Sequence record: SRR22947727_1394
Length of the DNA: 37,444 nt
Reading direction: 5' to 3' (one strand)
How positions within the stretch are numbered: position 1 is the stretch's first letter; every line of letters begins with the position of its first letter. Both the position numbers and the translations under genes were made by a program. Under the pieces are notes generated by a model, which was not told where the DNA came from, did not search any database, and was given only the letters and a program-made list of their open reading frames with translations. Shown piece by piece: positions 28,181 through 37,444 of this stretch.

Positions 28181-29170
28181 TTACAACAGCGCTGCCGCCT
28201 CAAACAAACCGCGCACCGAGGTTTCGGGCCGGGCGCCAATATGGCGAATAACCTCGCCCGCCGCGATGCATCCCATTTTACAACAAATCTCAATGGGCTG
28301 CTTGGTCACCAAGCCATATAAAAATCCAGCAGCGAATTGATCGCCCGCGCCCGTCGCATCCACCGGGGTGATTTCATCAACCGGCACGTCCACGCGCGCC
28401 CCCTTGGCGATCACGCTCACGCCCTCACCGCCTCTGGTGCAAACCACCAATTCGCAAATCTCTGCGGTTTTCGCCAGCGCCGTTTCAAGATCATCGGTTT
28501 CAAACAAAGATTTAATTTCAGCGTCATTGCCGATCACGTAATCCAACTCATGCTCGATCAAATTCAGAAAATCCGCGCGGTGCCGTTCAACGCAGAAGGG
28601 ATCGGAAATCGCGATTCCGGCCTTGCCACCGGCTGAACGGCAAGCCCGCGACAGCTCGACAAAGGCTTGTTTGCCCTTATCCTTATCGAATAGATAACCT
28701 TCCAAGAACACATATTCAGCCTCTTTTGCCACGCTGCTCGAGCCATCTTCGGGGCCCAGCTCCGCCGAAATCCCCAAATAGGTGTTCATCGAGCGTTCCC
28801 CATCGACAGAGGTGAAGATCATCGAACGTGAGGTTGGTAAATGCGCATCCTGAACTGGCGGGTTCACAAAGTCGGTTCCACCTTCCTGCATGGCTTGCGC
28901 GTAAAACTGCCCCAGCGCATCGTCTCTGACGCGCCCCACAAACGCCGTTTTAAGGCCCAGTGCGCCCAAACCTGCCAACGTATTCGCAACCGCGCCGCCC
29001 GCCGCTTGAACGCGGTTTTCCATTGCATCATACAGCGCTTCCGCGCGCTCTTTTTCGATCAGTTGCATGATGCCTTTTTCAATGCCCATCCGCTGAAGAA
29101 ACGTATCACTTGATTGGCTGATCACATCAACCACGGCATTACCAATACCCACAACTTTGTATTTTTTCAC
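28181..29170 (-). CDS. PfkB-family carbohydrate/adenosine kinase
   Basis: VVGIGNAVVD, GERSMNTYLG, EGYLFD and DATGAGDQFAAG. Probable GTG start at 29170 after AAGGAG. Confidence 0.92.
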   Translation of the reverse strand: MKKYKVVGIGNAVVDVISQSSDTFLQRMGIEKGIMQLIEKERAEALYDAMENRVQAAGGAVANTLAGLGALGLKTAFVGRVRDDALGQFYAQAMQEGGTDFVNPPVQDAHLPTSRSMIFTSVDGERSMNTYLGISAELGPEDGSSSVAKEAEYVFLEGYLFDKDKGKQAFVELSRACRSAGGKAGIAISDPFCVERHRADFLNLIEHELDYVIGNDAEIKSLFETDDLETALAKTAEICELVVCTRGGEGVSVIAKGARVDVPVDEITPVDATGAGDQFAAGFLYGLVTKQPIEICCKMGCIAAGEVIRHIGARPETSVRGLFEAAALL

Positions 29171-29189
29171 AAAAACTGCTCCTTCAGCA

Positions 29190-29834
29190 TTATAGATCTT
29201 TATCTTCATAGGCGCATAGGTCGCGGATCAAACAGGTTGCGCATAAGGGTTTACGCGCTTTGCAATGATACCGGCCGTGTAAAATCATCCAATGATGCGC
29301 GTGCAATTGGAAATCAGCGGGAATATGATCTTCCACCGCCCGCTCGACATCCTCAACGGTTTTCCCAGGCGCAATTTTTGTTCGATTTCCGACTCGGAAT
29401 ATATGCGTATCAACGGCCTGCGCCGGATGCCGCCACCACATGTTTAAAACCACATTCGCCGTTTTACGCCCGACGCCCGGCAAAGATTGCAGGGCCGCAC
29501 GTGAATTGGGCACCTCGCCGTCATACTCCTCAACCAATATCCGGCTCAGTTTGATCACATTCTTGGCCTTATTGCGATAGAGGCCAATGGTTTTGATATG
29601 CTCAATCAGCCCCGCCTCCCCCAATTCCAGCATTTTCTGCGGCGTGTCAGCAATTTTAAACAATGCCCGCGTAGCTTTGTTGACGCCCGCATCGGTGGAT
29701 TGCGCGCTCAGCGCCACAGCGACCACAAGCGTGTAGACATTTACATGATCAAGCTCGCCCACAGGCGCGGCATCAGCCGCTTGAAACCGCTGAAAAATTT
29801 TCCGAATGGTTTTATAATCAAGCTGCTTTACCAT
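29190..29834 (-). CDS. nth: Endonuclease III
   Basis: LSAQSTD, HhH motif LPGVGRKTANV, VDTH and the Fe-S motif C-x6-C-x2-C-x5-C. Confidence 0.96.
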   Translation of the reverse strand: MVKQLDYKTIRKIFQRFQAADAAPVGELDHVNVYTLVVAVALSAQSTDAGVNKATRALFKIADTPQKMLELGEAGLIEHIKTIGLYRNKAKNVIKLSRILVEEYDGEVPNSRAALQSLPGVGRKTANVVLNMWWRHPAQAVDTHIFRVGNRTKIAPGKTVEDVERAVEDHIPADFQLHAHHWMILHGRYHCKARKPLCATCLIRDLCAYEDKDL

Positions 29835-29957
29835 ATCGAAGGCATATGCCGTTTTCTCGCCCGGCTCACAAGAGCTTTGCAGCATTTTAAGCAAGAAACG
29901 GGTCGCTTTCAGGCCCGAAGATTTCTACTCTGAGGGCACATAGTGACAAGGTGCCGC

Positions 29958-30815
29958 ATGAATAAAGAGTCTACAGCCTATTCGTATCGCGTGATAGAAC
30001 GGGCTTTAACCGAAATAGACGCGGCCGATCACCCGTTGAACCTGACGGAATTGGCGCGCCGGCTGCAATTAAGCCCAGCGCATTTTCAGCGATTATTTTC
30101 AGAATGGGTGGGCGTTTCGCCCAAAAAGTATCAGGAATATCTAACGCTGGAACATTCCAAACACTTACTGGCAACGCGCCACAATCTACTGGAAACCAGC
30201 CTCATAACAGGATTATCCGGCACCAGCCGGTTGCACGATCTTTTTATTCGCTGGGAAGCCATGACCCCGGGCGAATTTGCTGCAGCCGGCGCCACTTTGG
30301 AGATTACTTATGGTTGGACTGAATCTCCGTTTGGTGAGACGTTGGTGATGCGCACAAACCGGGGGGTCTGCGGCCTTGCATTCGCCGCTGATATTGGTCG
30401 AGAGGCTGCATTTCAGGATATGGCCACGCGCTGGCCAATGGCTGCTCTAAGGCCAGAACAAACGGGGCTTTCAAGCGCAGTTGAGAATCTGTTCAAACCC
30501 AAAAGCAGCGCCAAGCTGCACTTAATCGGGGCCCCGTTTCAAATCAAAGTGTGGCAGGCGCTGCTGCAGATCCCCTCGGGGCATGTTTCAACTTATTCCG
30601 ATATTGCTCGCGCGATCCAAGCCCCCAAAGCCGTTCGGGCGGTTGGCACCGCGGTCGGCCGCAATCCGATAAGCTGGTTGATCCCCTGCCATCGGGCGCT
30701 GCGCAAAACAGGTGCTTTGGGCGGATATCATTGGGGCTTGCCAGTCAAACGCGCGCTTCTGGCCTATGAAGCCGCCCGCCAAGACAGCGCCGACCGCAGC
30801 CAGCTGCCTTCATAA
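29958..30815 (+). CDS. AraC-type HTH fused to O6-methylguanine-DNA methyltransferase (Ada/Ogt-like)
   Basis: LSPAHFQRLF..WVGVSPK HTH, RAVGTAVGRNP and the active site IPCHR. Confidence 0.92.
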   Translation: MNKESTAYSYRVIERALTEIDAADHPLNLTELARRLQLSPAHFQRLFSEWVGVSPKKYQEYLTLEHSKHLLATRHNLLETSLITGLSGTSRLHDLFIRWEAMTPGEFAAAGATLEITYGWTESPFGETLVMRTNRGVCGLAFAADIGREAAFQDMATRWPMAALRPEQTGLSSAVENLFKPKSSAKLHLIGAPFQIKVWQALLQIPSGHVSTYSDIARAIQAPKAVRAVGTAVGRNPISWLIPCHRALRKTGALGGYHWGLPVKRALLAYEAARQDSADRSQLPS

Positions 30816-30872
30816 AGAACCATTTAAAAAGGCGACTGCCTGTGAACAGCCCGTAAGCACAGCCCTGGCAGG

Positions 30873-32045
30873 TTATGGCCGCTCAAGTGCAATGGCAGTG
30901 CCCTCGCCGCCGCCGATACACACAGCAGCAATGCCCCGCTTCACGTCACGCCGCTCCATTGCATGCAGCAACGTCACGATAATCCGCGCGCCTGAAGCCC
31001 CAATTGGGTGTCCTAGCGCACAGGCTCCACCATGAACGTTGATGATATCGCCAGAAATATCCAGCTCGTTCATGAAGGCCATTGGAACAACCGCAAAGGC
31101 TTCATTGACCTCCCATAAATCTACATCTTCCACCCGCCAGTTCAAACGGTCTAATAATTTACGCGTTGCAAAAATTGGCGCGGTCGAAAACCATGCAGGC
31201 TCTTGTGCGTGGCTGGCATGGCCCAAAATGCGCGCGCGGCAAGGCAGACCCGCCTGCTGCATATGCGTCTGGCTTGATACAATCAGGGCTGCGGCCCCAT
31301 CAGAAATAGAAGAGGCATTCGCCGCGGTCACACTGCCATCTGCCCGAAAAGCGGGTTTCAAATGCGGAATTTTTTCCGGCTTTGCGTTTAAAGGCTGTTC
31401 ATCCTGCATCACAGCATAATCGCCTTTTTTACGCGCCAGATTGAATGGGGTGATTTCATTCTCAAAGGCCCCGGAGCTTTGAGCCTCACGTGCCCGTATC
31501 AGCGAGCGCAACGCATAATCATCCTGCGCTTCTCGCGTGAATTGGTATTTTTCGGCGCAATCTTCAGCAAAACTGCCCATCAAGCGGCCATTCTCATACG
31601 CATCCTCTAGCCCATCTAAAAACATATGATCTGCCACTTGGCTATGCCCCAAACGGGCCCCGCCGCGCATCTTGGGCAATAGATAGGGGGCGTTTGACAT
31701 GCTCTCCATCCCGCCAACCGCCATCACCTGTGTTTGACCAAGCACGATCTGGTCAAAGCCGATCATCGTTGCCTTCATCCCCGAACCACACATTTTGTTC
31801 AACGTTGTTGCAGGCACCTGCGCGCCAAGGCCGGCGTGAAAACTCGCTTGTCGCGCCGGCGCTTGCCCCTGCCCTGCGCCAAGCACATTGCCCATCACAA
31901 CCTCATCGACCGAACTCAGAGAAGTTTGCTGTAAAGCCGCCTCTATCGCCGCCCCCCCCAGCCTTGCTGCGGGCACAGCATCAAACGCCCCTTGAAACCC
32001 ACCAATTGGCGTTCTGGCCGCGCCGCATATCACCACGTTTTTCAT
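30873..32045 (-). CDS. Acetyl-CoA acetyltransferase (thiolase)
   Basis: NKMCGSG, EVNEAF, GHPIGASG and CIGGG. Confidence 0.95.
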   Translation of the reverse strand: MKNVVICGAARTPIGGFQGAFDAVPAARLGGAAIEAALQQTSLSSVDEVVMGNVLGAGQGQAPARQASFHAGLGAQVPATTLNKMCGSGMKATMIGFDQIVLGQTQVMAVGGMESMSNAPYLLPKMRGGARLGHSQVADHMFLDGLEDAYENGRLMGSFAEDCAEKYQFTREAQDDYALRSLIRAREAQSSGAFENEITPFNLARKKGDYAVMQDEQPLNAKPEKIPHLKPAFRADGSVTAANASSISDGAAALIVSSQTHMQQAGLPCRARILGHASHAQEPAWFSTAPIFATRKLLDRLNWRVEDVDLWEVNEAFAVVPMAFMNELDISGDIINVHGGACALGHPIGASGARIIVTLLHAMERRDVKRGIAAVCIGGGEGTAIALERP

Positions 32046-32129
32046 CAACTCTCTCGCTTTTTTTTAGGCATACAAAAAAGTAACCTTTGCCGTCTAGTGT
32101 AACCACAGCGCATAACACAGAAGTCAGCG

Positions 32130-32495
32130 ATGCAACTTAAAATTATTGATCAGCCCGGGTGCCTTTATCTCAAAGTGCAGGCAGAGCGGATTGATGCCGC
32201 CGCTGCGATTCAATTTAAGGACCTGATGCGCCGGGCGCTTACGCCAAGCCTGCAGCAAAAGATCATCGATTTAGAGCAGGTAAATTTTATTGATTCTACG
32301 GGACTTGGCGCGCTTATCAGCCTACAAAAATCACAGCAAAACGCATCAAAACTTACCATTTGCAGCCTACACCCACAGGTGGCCAAAGTCTTCAAACTGA
32401 CCCGTATAGACGAGGTCTTCGATATTTATGCCACCGCTGAAGCCGCGCTGAAGGCGGCCAGTGCGGCGCCCGCTTTCAAGGCAGATGAGGATTGA
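32130..32495 (+). CDS. STAS-domain anti-sigma factor antagonist (RsbV/SpoIIAA-like)
   Basis: RIDAAAAIQFK, VNFIDSTGLGAL (phospho-acceptor Ser) and VFKLTR. Confidence 0.9.
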   Translation: MQLKIIDQPGCLYLKVQAERIDAAAAIQFKDLMRRALTPSLQQKIIDLEQVNFIDSTGLGALISLQKSQQNASKLTICSLHPQVAKVFKLTRIDEVFDIYATAEAALKAASAAPAFKADED

Positions 32496-32909
32496 ATATC
32501 CGCATCAACTTTTCCTTTGATCAAACGCAAGGGTTTTGGCCGGTCCGGGATATATTAGAAAGAATGGCCGAAGAGGTGGACGCAGCGCAAGGCGCGGCAT
32601 TTGCATTTTTCCCGATATCGTTGGTCGTCGCAGAGGTTTTAAACAACAGCATTCAACATGGCGTAAATTTTAAAAGCTCCGGTCAACTCAGGGTGCGGCA
32701 TCTCAGCTGTCAAAACTGCATTGAAATCACACTGATCGATACAGGTTGCGCGTATCCCCCCCAAAATGCCCTCGGGCACAGACCCGCTGAACCCCTCTGA
32801 AAACGGATATGGATGGATGATCATCCTCCAACTTTGTAAAAGGATCCAGTATCGTCATAAAAGCGGGCGAAACCTTTTGCGCCTCTGCCTACCAATCAAC
32901 GCGCCTTAA
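32492..32909 (+). pseudogene. Anti-sigma factor Ser kinase (RsbW-like HATPase), split by a +1 frameshift
   Basis: The N box (AEVLNNSIQHG) and G1 (DTG) are in frame 0. The G2 box and tail (PSENGYGWMII...YRHKSGRNLLRL) are in the +1 frame, ending at TAA 32907-32909. Total length 418 nt = 3n+1. Confidence 0.78.
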
Positions 32910-33018
32910 GCATAAAGGCCCCATCTGCGACATCGCCGCACCCAAATAGCGCGGTTTCATGTTGTTTTAAAAGCCAAGCACGTTAAGTAGTGTTATGAAT
33001 TTACAACAAGGTGACCTC

Positions 33019-34596
33019 ATGCGCGATTTCCATTTTCCCGGTCGTTCCGCAGTTTACGCAGAAAACGGCATGTGTGCGACATCACATCCTTTGGCTGCGA
33101 AAACCGCGCTCGAGATATTGCAGCGTGGAGGCAATGCCATGGATGCGGCGATTGCAGGGGCCGTCTTGCTGGGGCTTTGCGAGCCCCAGATGACGGGGCT
33201 TGGCGGAGATTGTTTTGTTCTCTTTTCACCCGCAGGCAGCGATGAGATTCGCGCAATGAACGGATCGGGAAAATCACCGCAGGCGCTGCAAGCCCAATTG
33301 CTGCGCGACCAAGGTCATAAGGTGATCCCGCAGCGCGGCGTGGAGGCGATAACCATTCCCGGCGCCGTTGATGCCTTTTGTACGTTGAGTAATGATTGGG
33401 GCAAACTTGGCCTTGATGCGCTGCTGGCGCCAAGCATTCACTATGCTGAAGCGGGCATTCCCGTCGCCCCGCGGGTTGCCTATGATTGGGCCGGAAGCGT
33501 AGATGTGCTGCAAGGCAGCGCTAAAGCAGATTACTTACTCTCGGGAAAAGCACCTCAAGCAGGGCAAAAAATTGCGTTCCCAAAACAAGCTGAAGTTTTA
33601 CGCGCGATCGCAAAAAATGGCCGCAACGGCTTTTATGACGGCGCCGTTGTAGAGGATATCTTAAACACGTTGACCGCGCTTGGTGGGGTACATTCCAAAG
33701 AAGATTTCAGCGACCAAATCGCGTTTTACACGGATCCGATTTCGGGCCGCTATCAGGGAATGGACTTGGTTGAGCATCCACCCAATGGTCAGGGCGCCAC
33801 AGCCATTTTGCTGTTAAACATATTATCACATTTTGATTTGGCCGCTCTGGCGCCCTTCAGCGCGGAGCGCGCGCATATCGAAGCCGAGGCCACCAAATTG
33901 GCCTATGATGCGCGCAACCGCTTTATTGCGGATGCGCGGATGACCGATGCCACCGCGCATTTGCTCGCACCAGAAACCGCGGAAAAACTAGCTGCTTTAA
34001 TCGATCCTAATGCCGTAATTCAAGATGTGACAGCGATCAGCGAGACGGTTCATAAAGACACTGTCTACATTACAGTTGTTGATAAAGACCGAATGTCGGT
34101 TTCGTTGATCTACTCAATCTTCAACACATTTGGTTCTGGCATTTCGAGCGATAAATTCGGGATTTTGATGCATAATCGTGGAGCAGGATTTAACCTTATT
34201 CCCGGGCATCCCAATGAATTGAGGGGCGGGCACCGCCCGATGCATACCATCATCCCCGGCATGCTGTGCAAAGGTGGAAAGCCTGTGATGCCCTTTGGCG
34301 TTATGGGGGGGCAATATCAAGCGAATGGCCATGCCCGCGTTTTGACGAATATGCTCGATTACGGTATGGCGCCGCAGGAGGCACTAGACGCACCGCGCAG
34401 CTTTGCTGAATTGGGCCATTTGAAAGTTGAGCGCAGCTATGATCCAAAAGAGGTGCAAAGACTAGCAGATATTGGCCATAAAATCGAGCAGGATATTGAA
34501 CCAATCGGCGGCGCTCAGGCGATTATGATGCATGAAAACGGTGTGCTAGAGGGCGCCTCAGATCCTAGAAAAGATGGCTGCGCACTGGGTTACTAA
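33019..34596 (+). CDS. ggt: Gamma-glutamyltransferase family protein
   Basis: GGNAMDAAIA, GLGGDCF, autoprocessing site KD-TVY, RPMHTIIP, GVMGG and SDPRKDG. Confidence 0.92.
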   Translation: MRDFHFPGRSAVYAENGMCATSHPLAAKTALEILQRGGNAMDAAIAGAVLLGLCEPQMTGLGGDCFVLFSPAGSDEIRAMNGSGKSPQALQAQLLRDQGHKVIPQRGVEAITIPGAVDAFCTLSNDWGKLGLDALLAPSIHYAEAGIPVAPRVAYDWAGSVDVLQGSAKADYLLSGKAPQAGQKIAFPKQAEVLRAIAKNGRNGFYDGAVVEDILNTLTALGGVHSKEDFSDQIAFYTDPISGRYQGMDLVEHPPNGQGATAILLLNILSHFDLAALAPFSAERAHIEAEATKLAYDARNRFIADARMTDATAHLLAPETAEKLAALIDPNAVIQDVTAISETVHKDTVYITVVDKDRMSVSLIYSIFNTFGSGISSDKFGILMHNRGAGFNLIPGHPNELRGGHRPMHTIIPGMLCKGGKPVMPFGVMGGQYQANGHARVLTNMLDYGMAPQEALDAPRSFAELGHLKVERSYDPKEVQRLADIGHKIEQDIEPIGGAQAIMMHENGVLEGASDPRKDGCALGY

Positions 34597-34648
34597 CGCC
34601 CAGGCTGATCCTGCGGGGGCGCCGCATGCTAGGCGCTCGCACGGCGGC

Positions 34649-34975
34649 TCAATTCAGTTGAAAATGCAGCGGATATTGGCCATTTTCGAAGGGACCGAAG
34701 AGATCAGGAATATCGGGATGATCGACGGGTTCACCCGAAGGGTCTTCCACGAGATTTTGTTCTGACACATAGGCCACGTAGAAACTGTGATCGTTTTCTG
34801 CAAGCAAATGATAATAGGGCTGCTCTTTGACCGGGCGATGATCCTCTGGAATCGACTCATACCATTCATCCGTATTGCTGAATTCTGGATCAACATCAAA
34901 AATCACCCCTCTAAAAGGGTGTTTTTTATGGCAAACAACTTGCCCGAGGCGATATTTAGCATTTTTCAAATACAT
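34649..34975 (-). CDS. hspQ: Heat shock protein HspQ (YccV-like)
   Basis: AKYRLGQVV, RGVIFDVDPEF, QPYYHLLAEN and YVSEQNL. Confidence 0.92.
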   Translation of the reverse strand: MYLKNAKYRLGQVVCHKKHPFRGVIFDVDPEFSNTDEWYESIPEDHRPVKEQPYYHLLAENDHSFYVAYVSEQNLVEDPSGEPVDHPDIPDLFGPFENGQYPLHFQLN

Positions 34976-35221
34976 CAGGAAGATACCCTACGCGTTGCGC
35001 GATCCGGCTTCAAGTGCCCAGAGGTAAATTTGCCCGCGCTTCGATCCAAGCGGCCTTCACGATTGCCAAAGCACTGAGATCTTTTTCAGGCCGGCTCTGC
35101 CAAACATGACGCAGTTTAAATGTATCAAATAGAGGCATAATAATGCTTTTGCGCTTCCGGTTTGGCCTTTTGAAATCATCCGAAACTTGATAACTTATAA
35201 AAAAACAAAGTTGGAATGACC

Positions 35222-35809
35222 ATGAGCAGAACGATCATTATATTATGCCTGGTTTTTACGCTGGGATCCTGCAGCATCTTTAACACCGGCGATGTAACGG
35301 GCAACCTTGACAATGCCTGCTCTATTCTTGACCAAAAACCGCAGTTTGCCCGCGCTTTCAAGGCAACCAAGCGCCGTTGGGGCGTGCCCGTTAACGTTCA
35401 AATGGCGATCATCCATCAAGAAAGCCGTTTCAAAAGTAAGGCAAAAACGCCGCGAAAATATATTCTGGGCTTCATTCCAAATGGCCGCCAAAGTTCGGCA
35501 TATGGCTATGCGCAAGCCCTGGATGGCACTTGGAGCGAATATAAGGATGATACCGGCCGGATCTTAGCCCGCCGCAGCAATATTCGTGACGCATCGGATT
35601 TTATGGGCTGGTATATGACCAAAACAAAGCGGCGCAACGGGATCTCGCTGGCCGATACACGCAATCAATATCTCGCCTATCATGAGGGGCAAACCGGGTT
35701 TGCGCGCGGCAGCTATAAGCGCAAAAAATGGTTGATCAATATTGCCGGCAAAGTGGCCAATCGCTCAGATATGTATAAGCGGCAATTGTCACGCTGCGGG
35801 CGGCTTTAA
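35222..35809 (+). CDS. Lytic transglycosylase (SLT-like) lipoprotein
   Basis: Lipobox LGSC, catalytic IHQESRF, SSAYGYAQA and YLAYHEG. The start is 35216 or 35222. Confidence 0.85.
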   Translation: MSRTIIILCLVFTLGSCSIFNTGDVTGNLDNACSILDQKPQFARAFKATKRRWGVPVNVQMAIIHQESRFKSKAKTPRKYILGFIPNGRQSSAYGYAQALDGTWSEYKDDTGRILARRSNIRDASDFMGWYMTKTKRRNGISLADTRNQYLAYHEGQTGFARGSYKRKKWLINIAGKVANRSDMYKRQLSRCGRL

Positions 35810-36408
35810 CGCAGCTTGCGCTTCTCAATATTCAGCAAAATATTGAACATCGAATCTTTAAGTGCGACACCTTTTTGTAAATCCTCAAACGCAAGTAACG
35901 TTTGATCGCCTTCAGGCGTTTCAATAATCCATTGCGCCAACTCTAATGGGTTATGCCGCAACACAAGCGTGATTTCACCGCGCTCGGGATGTTGCGGATG
36001 CTGCAAGGACAACGATGTTCGCTTTCCGTCATAACGATGATCCGTAATCAAAGCAGATTTTTGAAGATCAATCCTATCCTGCAAAATCAGGGAAAGCGGC
36101 GTTCCAGATGTTGTGAAACTGGTTGGCTCACCATCGCCTTTAGGATCAAAAATCGCCATTTGTCCGGCAGAGACCAGCACCAATACTTCCGATGGGATTT
36201 GATATTCAAAGCGCAAGCGCCCCGGACGCTTCATAAAAAACTGTCCCTGCGCAGAGGATCCGTCAGCGCCAATTTGAACAAACGTCGCCTGAATGCTGCG
36301 CAAGCTATTTAGATGCGCGGAAATATCCGCCAAAGAGGCTTTTTCTGCATGACCAACGCCGGCTAACCCAAAAAGAATACCAAGCGAAATTGAAAATATA
36401 CGTTTCAT
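35806..36408 (-). CDS. lolA: Outer-membrane lipoprotein carrier LolA family protein
   Basis: Signal peptide, ATFVQ, KRPGRLRFEY and TPLSLIL; directly downstream of ftsK. Confidence 0.88.
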   Translation of the reverse strand: MKRIFSISLGILFGLAGVGHAEKASLADISAHLNSLRSIQATFVQIGADGSSAQGQFFMKRPGRLRFEYQIPSEVLVLVSAGQMAIFDPKGDGEPTSFTTSGTPLSLILQDRIDLQKSALITDHRYDGKRTSLSLQHPQHPERGEITLVLRHNPLELAQWIIETPEGDQTLLAFEDLQKGVALKDSMFNILLNIEKRKLR

Positions 36409-36477
36409 ATATGCAGTCTAGTCATCCCAGAAGCCACCGCCAGCGAAAGTCGCAATTTTGTGACCTCTCGCGCAGGA

Positions 36478-37443
36478 TTACGGTTGCTCTGGCACCAAAA
36501 TATCACGCTTTCCAACATGGTTTGCAGGGCTAACAAGGCCTTCCTCTTCCATTTGCTCAACCAAGCGGGCCGCCTTATTATACCCTATGGCAAGCTTTCT
36601 TTGGATGTAGCTGGTCGAGCATTTGCGATCCTGCAAAACGATGGCCACGGCTTGATCATAGAGCACATCTTCGCCCTCAGATGCCCCGGTCAACCCCAGC
36701 ACAAGGTCAATTGAGTCAGATTTATCGTCATCTGGCCCTTCAACGACACCACTTTTATAATCGGGCGGGCCGAAAGATTTCAAATGGCTGACAACTTCTT
36801 CAACTTCGGTGTCGCTTACAAAAGGCCCATGGCAGCGGGTGATCTTTGAACCGCCCGCCATGAAGAGCATATCCCCCATACCAAGCAGCTGCTCAGCTCC
36901 CATTTCGCCCAGAATCGTACGGCTGTCGATTTTACTGGTGACCTGAAACGAGATCCGGGTGGGAAAGTTGGCTTTAATCGTCCCCGTAATCACATCAACT
37001 GATGGGCGCTGCGTTGCCATGATCAAATGAATACCCGAGGCACGCGCCATCTGAGCAAGGCGCTGAATGCAGGCTTCGATTTCTTTACCGGCCACCATCA
37101 TCAAATCCGCCATCTCATCCACAATCACCACGATATATGGCATTTTTTCAGGCAGAAATTCTTCAGTTTCAAAAACTGGCTCGCCGGTGGCATCATCAAA
37201 CCCGGTTTGGATCGTGCGGCTGAACATTTCGTTTTTGCCTAAGGCATCCGCCACGCGCCCATTATAGCCGTCAATATTGCGCACACCCATTTTTGACATT
37301 TTCCGGTAGCGCTCTTCCATTTCACCAACCACCCATTTCAACGCCACAACGGCTTTCTTAGGGTCGGTCACAACCGGGCTGAGCAAATGCGGAATGCCAT
37401 CATAGACGCTGAGCTCCAGCATTTTCGGATCGATCATAATCAT
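36478..37443 (-). CDS. ftsK: DNA translocase FtsK (C-terminal part, truncated by window edge)
   Basis: IDPKMLELS, Walker [19 protein letters not shown] and gamma domain [19 protein letters not shown]. Confidence 0.97.
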   Translation of the reverse strand: MIMIDPKMLELSVYDGIPHLLSPVVTDPKKAVVALKWVVGEMEERYRKMSKMGVRNIDGYNGRVADALGKNEMFSRTIQTGFDDATGEPVFETEEFLPEKMPYIVVIVDEMADLMMVAGKEIEACIQRLAQMARASGIHLIMATQRPSVDVITGTIKANFPTRISFQVTSKIDSRTILGEMGAEQLLGMGDMLFMAGGSKITRCHGPFVSDTEVEEVVSHLKSFGPPDYKSGVVEGPDDDKSDSIDLVLGLTGASEGEDVLYDQAVAIVLQDRKCSTSYIQRKLAIGYNKAARLVEQMEEEGLVSPANHVGKRDILVPEQP

Positions 37444-37444
37444 C

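Noticed and set aside
22196..30815. polA, nth and ada as a DNA-repair island
   Set aside because: These are ordinary housekeeping genes interspersed with unrelated ones, and no shared regulatory motif was seen.
32080..32116. TAAC repeats upstream of the STAS gene as a CtrA site
   Set aside because: Neither the sequence nor the spacing matches TTAA-N7-TTAA.
19740..34596. ggt plus the M19 dipeptidase as a glutathione-degradation unit
   Set aside because: The genes are about 12 kb apart with unrelated genes between them, and the M19 protein has an atypical metal site.
1..37444. Many 60-180 aa ORFs antisense to or out of frame with real genes; also searched for CRISPR arrays, tRNA/rRNA, transposases, integrases and defence genes
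   Set aside because: The shadow ORFs lack motifs and are expected at this GC content. No repeat-spacer array, structural RNA gene or mobility gene was recognisable by eye.

Overview
This window is core chromosomal DNA of a marine Rhodobacteraceae (roseobacter-group-like) alphaproteobacterium; the taxon is inferred from gene content and protein style, and GC looks roughly 50-55% by eye. Gene order: ispH (partial), DUF3429, SAM methyltransferase, rnhA, Nudix; dapB/rbfA; ibpA-type Hsp20; trypsin-like protease; glcDEF; a MoxR/DUF58/DUF4159/vWA-GATase-like operon with divergent DUF1285; MBL hydrolase, M19-like amidohydrolase and aldehyde dehydrogenase behind polA; zinc-finger protein, ABC ATPase, HIT, sulfotransferase, PfkB kinase, nth, ada/ogt, thiolase; an STAS/anti-sigma pair; ggt, hspQ, SLT lipoprotein, lolA and ftsK (partial). 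I found no rRNA, tRNA, CRISPR array, prophage or transposase, and I cannot demonstrate a clearly new system. The main signals the ORF track misses are three genes each broken by one lesion (Nudix TGA, DUF3303-like TAG, anti-sigma +1 frameshift near a C7 tract), a sigma-32 promoter with a ROSE-type RNA thermometer on ibpA, a perfect CtrA box before a small orphan ORF, and a FadR-type operator before glcD. The best candidate for an uncharacterised pathway is the ALDH plus atypical M19 amidohydrolase plus MBL hydrolase module.
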